A stretch of DNA of 64,000 nt from the NCBI GenBank assembly GCA_964548205.1, contig CAZJPJ010000002.1:5737-69736 (forward strand), given 5' to 3'. The position numbers and the translations under genes were made by a program. Numbering within the stretch: the first letter of the stretch is position 1; each line of letters starts with the position of its first letter. This document shows, piece after piece, positions 59,230-64,000 of the stretch. This stretch comes from an uncultured Candidatus Saccharibacteria bacterium. GTDB lineage: Bacteria > Patescibacteriota > Minisyncoccia > Phycocordibacterales > WO2-35-19. A model generated the notes under the pieces. That model was not told the DNA's origin and did no database searches. It saw only the letters and a list, made by a program, of their open reading frames with translations.

Positions 59230-59511
59230 GCGGGTGTAGCTCAGCTGGTTAGAGCGTCCGCCTGTAGATATGCAGCTTTTTGCCGAAAAGGCAAATTGAA
59301 ACTCTTTGGGATATCGGTGAAGGCTAAGTCTTATTTATATATATAGGATATGCGAACACCGAGGGAACTCGCCGATAAGGCGAGAGCGCCGTAGAGACTA
59401 GATACCAAAGCACCTAAAAGGAAACTCATGGTGAAGATATAGTCCACTCCGCTATGAAAATAGCGGGTAAGTGCACGCGGAAGGCCGTGGGTTCAAATCC
59501 CATCACTCGCG
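59230..59511 (+). tRNA. tRNA-Asp(GUC) gene interrupted by a group I intron in the anticodon loop (exon 1 59230-59265, exon 2 59474-59511)
   Basis: Exons join to gcgggtg-ta-gctc-agctggtta-gagc-g-tccgc-CTGTCAC-gcgga-aggcc-gtggg-ttcaaat-cccat-cactcgc-G. G10, G73 and the CUGUCAC loop are as in canonical tRNA-Asp. The 5' splice site follows U35 and pairs ctgt with the gcag guide (U:G). The intron ends in G. Confidence 0.8.
59266..59473 (+). ncRNA. Group I (self-splicing) intron, ~208 nt, Azoarcus/tRNA-intron type core
   Basis: The P7-P9 region cgccGTAGAGACTAGAtaccaaagCACCTAAaaGGaAACtCATGG closely matches the Azoarcus tRNA-Ile intron core (GUAGAGACUAGACGGCACCCACCUAAGGCAAACGCUAUGG). gggat...ctaagtc resembles its P3-P4 segment. 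No ORF inside. Confidence 0.75.
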
Positions 59512-59591
59512 CATCGATTTTTATACTGTGGTTAAGCCACAAAAACCACACACCCCTAAGGGATTAGAACTGTGGTAGTATTTTGGGTATG
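59497..59591 (+). repeat. Cassette-junction repeat family A, founder copy (tRNA-Asp 3' end plus downstream ~80 nt)
   Basis: aaatcccatcactcgcgcatcgatttttatactgtggttaagccacaaaaaccacacacccctaagggattagaactgtggtagtattttgggtATGg. Near-identical copies occur at 62471-62577 and 63646-63754. Confidence 0.8.
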
Positions 59592-60071
59592 GAAAATGAA
59601 ATTGAAAGAAAGTTCTATGTTAAAGAAATGCCTGATTTGTCTCTAACCAAGCCATTGCATTATGAAAGATTTTTCTTAGAAAGAAGTGAGGGAAGAGAGA
59701 TTAGGATTTCGAAAGTAGATAACAGGTATTGGTATGAAGTAAAGAATGAGTTATCCGAATTGGAAAGAACACGAGAAAAGAAAGAAATAACAAAAGAAGA
59801 GTTTGATAGCTTAAAACGGGGTTCCTCAGAAGTTATTATGAGGGAAAGATACGATCTTTCGTCTAATCCTAAAATTTCAATACAGATATATCACGGAAGA
59901 TTTGAAGGTCTAGTAAGAGCTGAGGTTGAGTTTGAAACAGAGGAAGAAGCTAAAAACTTCAAACCCTTGGAATGGATGGGAGAAGAAATGACGGGGTTGC
60001 CGATTGCTAGGGATAGTAAACTTATTGATCTATCGGATGCAGAATTTAAGACATATTTAAAATTGATTTAG
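59589..60071 (+). CDS. CYTH-domain protein (triphosphate tunnel metalloenzyme)
   Basis: N-terminal EIERKFYV (the ExExK motif of CYTH). Acidic residues recur in the alternating-strand pattern. ATG start preferred over the TTG at 59583. Confidence 0.6.
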   Translation: MENEIERKFYVKEMPDLSLTKPLHYERFFLERSEGREIRISKVDNRYWYEVKNELSELERTREKKEITKEEFDSLKRGSSEVIMRERYDLSSNPKISIQIYHGRFEGLVRAEVEFETEEEAKNFKPLEWMGEEMTGLPIARDSKLIDLSDAEFKTYLKLI

Positions 60072-60123
60072 TAAAATCAGTATTCATTTAATTGTTAGCG
60101 GGAGTTCCCAATTTACTACTGTT

Positions 60124-60309
60124 ATGATAAAAATAGAGGGGAAGGATCATATGAGCGAAGAAAATGACTTATACAGAGCTCTTGTTGATGCCCAGGCGAG
60201 AAGAGCCTCAATGGCAACAGAAAGCAGTCTCTGCCCCACGTGTGGGGCTACTATGATAAAAAGCGGTGGGCATTACCACTGCGAAACTCATGGCTCTCCA
60301 AAAAAATGA
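60124..60309 (+). CDS. Hypothetical small zinc-ribbon protein
   Basis: CPTCG...HYHCETHG four-ligand motif. 61 aa. Confidence 0.4.
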   Translation: MIKIEGKDHMSEENDLYRALVDAQARRASMATESSLCPTCGATMIKSGGHYHCETHGSPKK

Positions 60310-60349
60310 GGACTGATTAAAACAGCCAGACACTCAGAAAGGAGGTATT

Positions 60350-60399
60350 GTGTCTGGCTTTCGCTTTTATAAATATAGAGTGATAGTATTTCGGGTATG
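60350..60399 (+). repeat. Promoter/start-module repeat family B, copy 1
   Basis: gtgtctggctttcgcttttataaatatagagtgatagtatttcgggtATG. A 48/50 match occurs at 62107-62156. It carries the TGaTAGTAT extended -10 and a near-leaderless start context. It is preceded by the hairpin agccagacac...gtgtctggct. Confidence 0.7.
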
Positions 60400-60924
60400 A
60401 AAATCTACTTAATAAGACATGGTGAGACAACTGGTGATATAGAAGATAGATATGGTGGTAGTTATGACGACCATCTTACAGAGTTAGGAAGACAACAGAT
60501 TCAAGAAACAGCCGATAAAATTGTAGGAAAAGGGATAGAAATCATTTTTACCAGTACCCTTATAAGAGCAAAGGAATCTGGACAAATAATTTCTTCAAAG
60601 ATTGGTTGTGCGGTAGAAGAAAGAGAAGGTCTACAAGAAAGACACTATGGCATTCTAACTGGTCTTACAAAAGCTGAAGCCCTAGAAAAATACCCAGAAG
60701 TTGTGGAAGCGCATAAGGACTCAAAAAATACTGACCCAGAAGGGGAGAGTTATGAAGACTTTCAAAACAGAGTTCTGAATTCATTCAAAGAAATACAAAA
60801 AGAAAACTATAATACTGTTGCCATAGTCTCTCATGGTGGCCCAATTAAGCAAATCCTGGCTTACTTGAATATGGATATTCCTGAAAAACTGGGAGACGGA
60901 GAGATAATTGAGTTTGAACATTAG
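60397..60924 (+). CDS. Histidine phosphatase family protein (phosphoglycerate mutase-like)
   Basis: MKIYLIRHGET (RHG catalytic motif), ...VSHGGPI second His. Confidence 0.65.
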   Translation: MKIYLIRHGETTGDIEDRYGGSYDDHLTELGRQQIQETADKIVGKGIEIIFTSTLIRAKESGQIISSKIGCAVEEREGLQERHYGILTGLTKAEALEKYPEVVEAHKDSKNTDPEGESYEDFQNRVLNSFKEIQKENYNTVAIVSHGGPIKQILAYLNMDIPEKLGDGEIIEFEH

Positions 60925-60951
60925 TTCTAACGTCGTACACTACCCCGCGCA
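60923..60951 (+). repeat. Partial copy of junction repeat A (5' part only)
   Basis: agttctaacgtcgtacactaccccgcgca versus agttctaacatcgtacactagctcgcgca in the full copies. Confidence 0.6.
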
Positions 60952-61216
60952 AGACCAAAAATTGCTGGATTTTTTCCAGCAATTTTTGCGTCTATGCACG
61001 ATGTAGAAGCAAGCCAACTGCTTGGCTTGCGTTGGGATTTGAAAAGCGCAGCCATGTTTTTGTAGCAACAAAAACAGGCGAGCTAGGGTCATGAAAAATT
61101 TTCTGCAGAAAATTTATTCCTGACCAAATCCCATCACTCGCGCTAAGGGACTTTTTCTTAAAATATGTTGATAAATAAAGCCCGTTGGGTTCTAACGGGA
61201 GCTATTGTTTTTTTAT
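60952..61216. other. Highly structured noncoding region carrying an exact 19-nt copy of the tRNA-Asp 3' end (att-like) and ending in an intrinsic terminator
   Basis: Perfect hairpins at 60955-60989 (14-bp stem), 61009-61030 and 61056-61077. The self-complementary gaaaattttc occurs twice around tgcag. caaatcccatcactcgcgc at 61125-61143 equals the tRNA-Asp 3' end. Terminator cccgtt-gggttct-aacggg plus T7 lies at 61179-61216. Confidence 0.55.
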
Positions 61217-61304
61217 CATATCTATTATATAATTAGACCACTACTTAAACACGAGTAGTCGGTAACAACGAACATGTTCCCGCAATCCAAACAGAGGTGA
61301 AAAT

Positions 61305-61655
61305 ATGCCCGAGATTATTCTTTCTAGGCTGCAGTATGTGGCGGCGGGTATCGTCTTTCAGTCGTCGTTGTTTTCGTTTGACGATCTGGCTCATTTGAAT
61401 CATGTCGAGGTCAAGATTGCACCGACGACGGTTGGAAAGAGGGCCTTGATTGCTTATGTAAAGTTGTACTTCGATCGTTGGACATATGTTCAACACGGAC
61501 CCAGCGATCATCCTGCCCACAAAATGCCTGCAGAAGTCAGTGTTGTTTTCCTTCAGAACAGACAAAGGAAGCTGACGGGATACTACACTGTCGCCTTTTT
61601 CTACAACGGTGATCCTGGAGAACCGAAATTTCTCCATTCCATTGTTGGTTGGTAA
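61305..61655 (+). CDS. Hypothetical protein encoded in a GC-rich cassette
   Basis: Good Shine-Dalgarno (GAGGTG) 7 nt upstream of the ATG. The ORF region is much more GC-rich than the genome. A fully overlapping antisense ORF (61245-61658) exists, so the strand call is tentative. Confidence 0.4.
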   Translation: MPEIILSRLQYVAAGIVFQSSLFSFDDLAHLNHVEVKIAPTTVGKRALIAYVKLYFDRWTYVQHGPSDHPAHKMPAEVSVVFLQNRQRKLTGYYTVAFFYNGDPGEPKFLHSIVGW

Positions 61656-61817
61656 CAAACGCTCTGGAGAACAGCGTCCAACTTCAGCCTCGCGCTAACA
61701 CCGTGGGGCTTTCCATTTTTAATGCAAATGCAGTTCTAACATCATCCCTGCCCGCAATGCTTCGCATAGCGATGCAGGCGGGCACTAGGTGTTCCGAATT
61801 ATGCTAATATTTCACGC

Positions 61818-62096
61818 ATGATACGTTGGTTGGTTGATCGTAAATACTTTAGAAACGAAAATCATGCCATATGGTTTGCATGTTCGCTGGCCATAATATT
61901 TTTCGTGACACTCACGTATCTGAGGCCAAGCAAATTCATTTTTCTTTTGACACCGCTCGTTGTACATATACCCGCTCTCATAAACTCTTCTATCTCCGTT
62001 TACTTTGCTAAGGAGAGCGACTTGTATTCTAAAGACTGCATTTGGTTCAATGCTCTTTTGATAATTGTTTACCTAATATTATTTTCACTTTTTTAG
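61818..62096 (+). CDS. Hypothetical membrane protein (3 TM)
   Basis: 92-aa hydrophobic ORF. An upstream sequence (61721-61790) starts with cagttctaacatc, like the junction repeat, followed by nested GC hairpins. Confidence 0.4.
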   Translation: MIRWLVDRKYFRNENHAIWFACSLAIIFFVTLTYLRPSKFIFLLTPLVVHIPALINSSISVYFAKESDLYSKDCIWFNALLIIVYLILFSLF

Positions 62097-62106
62097 ACTC
62101 TATAGA

Positions 62107-62156
62107 GTGTCTGGCTTTCGCTTTTATAAAGATAGAGTGATAGTATTTTGGGTATG
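62107..62156 (+). repeat. Promoter/start-module repeat family B, copy 2
   Basis: gtgtctggctttcgcttttataaagatagagtgatagtattttgggtATG. Confidence 0.7.
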
Positions 62157-62480
62157 GAAAAAGTAAAAATTGTTGTGTTTGTTCCAGAAACTCATGCTGA
62201 TGCGGTTAGAAAAGCTGTTGGAGAAGCAGGTGCTGGAAAAATTGGAAACTATATCCATTGTAGCTTTTCAGTAAAGGGCAAAGGAAGATTCATTCCTCAA
62301 GATGGAGCTGACCCAACAATAGGGGAAATAGGTAGATACGAAGAGGTAGACGAAGAAAGAATCGAGTTTGTTTGTGACAAGGGTATGTTAGATCAAGTGA
62401 TTAAAGCTATGAAAGAAGTACACCCATATGAAGAGGTTGCATATGATGTTTACCCACTTTTAATAAAATCCCAGTTCTAA
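62154..62480 (+). CDS. Hypothetical small alpha/beta protein, tentatively PII/CutA-like fold
   Basis: KIVVFVPETHADAVRKAVGEAGAGKIGNY...HPYEEVAYDVYPL resembles GlnB-like superfamily members (HPYE motif as in CutA). The ATG start is used rather than the TTG at 62148. The stop codon lies inside the junction repeat. Confidence 0.4.
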   Translation: MEKVKIVVFVPETHADAVRKAVGEAGAGKIGNYIHCSFSVKGKGRFIPQDGADPTIGEIGRYEEVDEERIEFVCDKGMLDQVIKAMKEVHPYEEVAYDVYPLLIKSQF

Positions 62481-62577
62481 CATCGTACACTAGCTCGCGC
62501 ATCGGTTTTTCTATTGTGGTTAAGCCACAAAAACCACACACCCCTAAGGGATTTGAACTGTGGTATATTGGGATAGG
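62471..62577 (+). repeat. Cassette-junction repeat family A, copy 2
   Basis: ccagttctaacatcgtacactagctcgcgcatcggtttttctattgtggttaagccacaaaaaccacacacccctaagggatttgaactgtggtatattgggatagg. Confidence 0.8.
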
Positions 62578-62590
62578 AAAGAGGTGAATA

Positions 62591-63094
62591 TTGGAACGTG
62601 TAATAGAAATAGTTGGAAATATAGATGACCAAATGGCTGACATGTTTGAGGGAAAGATCCGAGAACTATCTGCTAAAGGAAATGATCCTATTTTGCTCGT
62701 GATTAGCTCACACGGTGGGTATGAAGCTCCCATGATAAGAATTATCGAGCAGATCAAAGCTTGCTCGGCCATTGTCAATGGGCGGGTTCGTGATTATGCA
62801 CATTCAGCAGGATTCGTTATTCTGCAATACTGCAAAGAGAGGAGAGCGCCTAGAGACAGCAGTCTGCTTCTTCATCTACCAAGATATGAAGCGGCAGATA
62901 TTACCAGAATGGTTGGCTTTCCAGCTGAGGAGGCCTGCGTAATCGAAGGTAATGAATTCTTCTATCGTTTTCTGGATTATCTAGGAGGAAGATCAAACCT
63001 TAACAGGTTTAAGCTTCGAGAGCTCGCAAGGGAAGATAGGGTGATTTTGGGGGCTGAAGCACTTGCCCTCGGTTTTCTTGACTGTTTGGAATAA
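62591..63094 (+). CDS. ClpP-family serine peptidase-like protein (phage prohead-protease type)
   Basis: ILLVISSHGGYEAPMIRII, nucleophile context YAHSAGFVIL, His in LLLHLP. TTG start with an AAGAGG Shine-Dalgarno. Confidence 0.5.
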   Translation: MERVIEIVGNIDDQMADMFEGKIRELSAKGNDPILLVISSHGGYEAPMIRIIEQIKACSAIVNGRVRDYAHSAGFVILQYCKERRAPRDSSLLLHLPRYEAADITRMVGFPAEEACVIEGNEFFYRFLDYLGGRSNLNRFKLRELAREDRVILGAEALALGFLDCLE

Positions 63095-63157
63095 CACGCC
63101 GCCCGATGCGAGGCACGACCTCGGTCGGGCTCTCGCTTTTTATGCTATATTCTTGGT

Positions 63158-63655
63158 ATGGAATCTCAGCCCAAACAATTTAACTATGAGAATAGTCTAA
63201 TAAGAGAAGTTTATGAATTATTAGGAGCCAGCACTCCGCTTGAGCTCCATGATAAATATGTCATAGAAGAACAGAAATTATTTAAGTCTCATGAATGGGA
63301 TTATGATAACCATGAGCAAATACAGAATAAGGTAAAAGATATTTTAGATAACGTAGATCCCACCACTCTTACTGAAGAGGAGCAAGAATGGAGACAGGAG
63401 ATACTGTGGTTCTGGTACCACCATGCTATTAGCTGTGCCATCTGGAAGAAAGATAGAGAAAAAGCTATTGAGTACTCAGAAAAAGCACTTTCTCTACAAG
63501 ATCGAGATCACCCTAATAAAATAACTAAGGTTCTTAGTTTGCTTGTCAACGACAAACTAGAAGAAGCAGAGGAATTTGTAAAAACTATTAATACCGATAA
63601 AGACACGGCCGAAGGGTTAATCGAGGATTATAAGAATGGAGGATTCCAGTTCTAA
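63158..63655 (+). CDS. Hypothetical protein
   Basis: 165-aa acidic ORF. Its last codons (…QF*) are provided by the junction repeat, as for the 62154 ORF. Confidence 0.4.
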   Translation: MESQPKQFNYENSLIREVYELLGASTPLELHDKYVIEEQKLFKSHEWDYDNHEQIQNKVKDILDNVDPTTLTEEEQEWRQEILWFWYHHAISCAIWKKDREKAIEYSEKALSLQDRDHPNKITKVLSLLVNDKLEEAEEFVKTINTDKDTAEGLIEDYKNGGFQF

Positions 63656-63754
63656 CATCGTACACTAGCTCGCGCATCGGTTTTTATATTGTGGTTAAGC
63701 CACAAAAACCACACACCCCTAAGGGATTTGAACTGTGGTAGTATTTTGGGTATG
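63646..63754 (+). repeat. Cassette-junction repeat family A, copy 3
   Basis: ccagttctaacatcgtacactagctcgcgcatcggtttttatattgtggttaagccacaaaaaccacacacccctaagggatttgaactgtggtagtattttgggtATG. Confidence 0.8.
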
Positions 63755-64000
63755 GAAATATTGGAATTATCTGAAATAGGTGAGAAGGTAATAAAAAACA
63801 AGACAAATATTTTAATTGGTTTAAGTATAAACAATAGCTATTTCAAAGATGGAAACCTGGAGAAAATAATCCAATGGTCAGCAGAAAATGCAAAAAGAAT
63901 ATTCATAATGATACCTGATAAACCTGCCATTTTTACCTTAATGAGCTTTGGTTATTCTGAAGATAAGGCTAAGGCAAAGGCTCGCCTCGAATCTAATAGA
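63752..64000 (+). CDS. Cyclodipeptide synthase (tRNA-dependent, CDPS)-like protein, N-terminal 83 aa (3' end outside the window)
   Basis: NILIGLSINNSYFKDGNLEKIIQWSAENAKRIFIMIPDKPAIFTLMSFGYSEDKAKAKAR parallels the CDPS N-terminal core (for example the B. subtilis YvmC-like [24 protein letters not shown]...LLAGHEAANLLEALG...KAERKVR), including the catalytic Ser context. Confidence 0.5.
   Translation, partial: MEILELSEIGEKVIKNKTNILIGLSINNSYFKDGNLEKIIQWSAENAKRIFIMIPDKPAIFTLMSFGYSEDKAKAKARLESNR

Noticed and set aside
59230-59511. Alternative reading of the split tRNA as tRNA-Ala(UGC) with the intron after U33
   Set aside because: No guide sequence complementary to ...ccgcct is present near the intron 5' end, whereas ctgt/gcag P1 pairing supports the U35 site. 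The acceptor stem has G3-C70 rather than the Ala identity pair G3:U70. G73 and G10 fit Asp.
61245-61658. 137-aa minus-strand ORF
   Set aside because: It fully overlaps the plus-strand ORF, which has a proper Shine-Dalgarno and is co-oriented with all other cassette genes. The high GC of the segment makes long antisense ORFs expected. The minus ORF was kept only as an alternative.
59497-63754. Interpretation of the junction repeats as integron attC sites or as a CRISPR array
   Set aside because: A GTTAAGC (GTTRRRY-like) core is present, but the paired inverse core and L/R box symmetry of attC are not convincingly found. Units are ~1.1-1.5 kb apart with gene-sized unique inserts and repeat length ~105 nt, so this is not CRISPR. 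Kept as a tRNA-derived junction repeat of unknown recombination mechanism.

Overview
Reading from sequence only, the window looks like an AT-rich, gene-dense chromosome segment from a small-genome bacterium with Candidate Phyla Radiation (CPR)/Parcubacteria-like traits: no rpmD (L30) between rpsE and rplO, no rplA after rplK, a trigger factor without a PPIase domain, and a ComF plus type IV pilus competence locus. 

Most of the window is core machinery. The ribosomal-protein superoperon is present but split into three separated blocks: rpsE-rplO-secY-adk-map, tuf-rpsJ-rplC-rplD-rplW-rplB followed by rplS instead of rpsS, and rpsS through rplE. Other core genes are ndk, a beta-CASP RNase next to rny, clpP/tig/rsmE, ppa, nusA, secE-nusG-rplK, argS, ligA and gatCA. 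There is a two-component pair and a dTMP/pyrimidine-deoxynucleotide cluster: a nucleoside 2-deoxyribosyltransferase-like gene, dCMP deaminase, a MazG-like gene, an unusually long tandem ThyX-like gene, tmk, glyA, dut, with an embedded hicAB module. A complete type IV pilus locus carries pilM, pilN, pilO, pilB, pilT, pilC, pilA, pilD and four minor pilins. 

The most unusual part is 59.2-64.0 kb. A tRNA-Asp(GUC) gene is interrupted in its anticodon loop by a ~208-nt group I intron (Azoarcus-type P7/P9 core). It is followed by a tandem array of small accessory gene cassettes: CYTH, a zinc-ribbon protein, a histidine phosphatase, a GC-rich orphan, a PII/CutA-like protein, a phage-type ClpP-like protease, an orphan, and a cyclodipeptide-synthase-like gene truncated at the window end. 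The cassettes are separated by a conserved ~105-nt junction repeat that looks like a degenerate copy of the tRNA-Asp 3' end plus downstream sequence. A second ~50-nt promoter-like repeat and a 19-nt exact copy of the tRNA 3' end also occur. 

Other observations: a 1232-aa orphan membrane protein, GC-only palindromic (G4-capable) inserts inside the rsmE and comF coding sequences, a 102-bp element with 16-bp terminal inverted repeats, a ~200-nt GC-rich structured element upstream of rpsS, and a 33-nt direct repeat flanking rplK.
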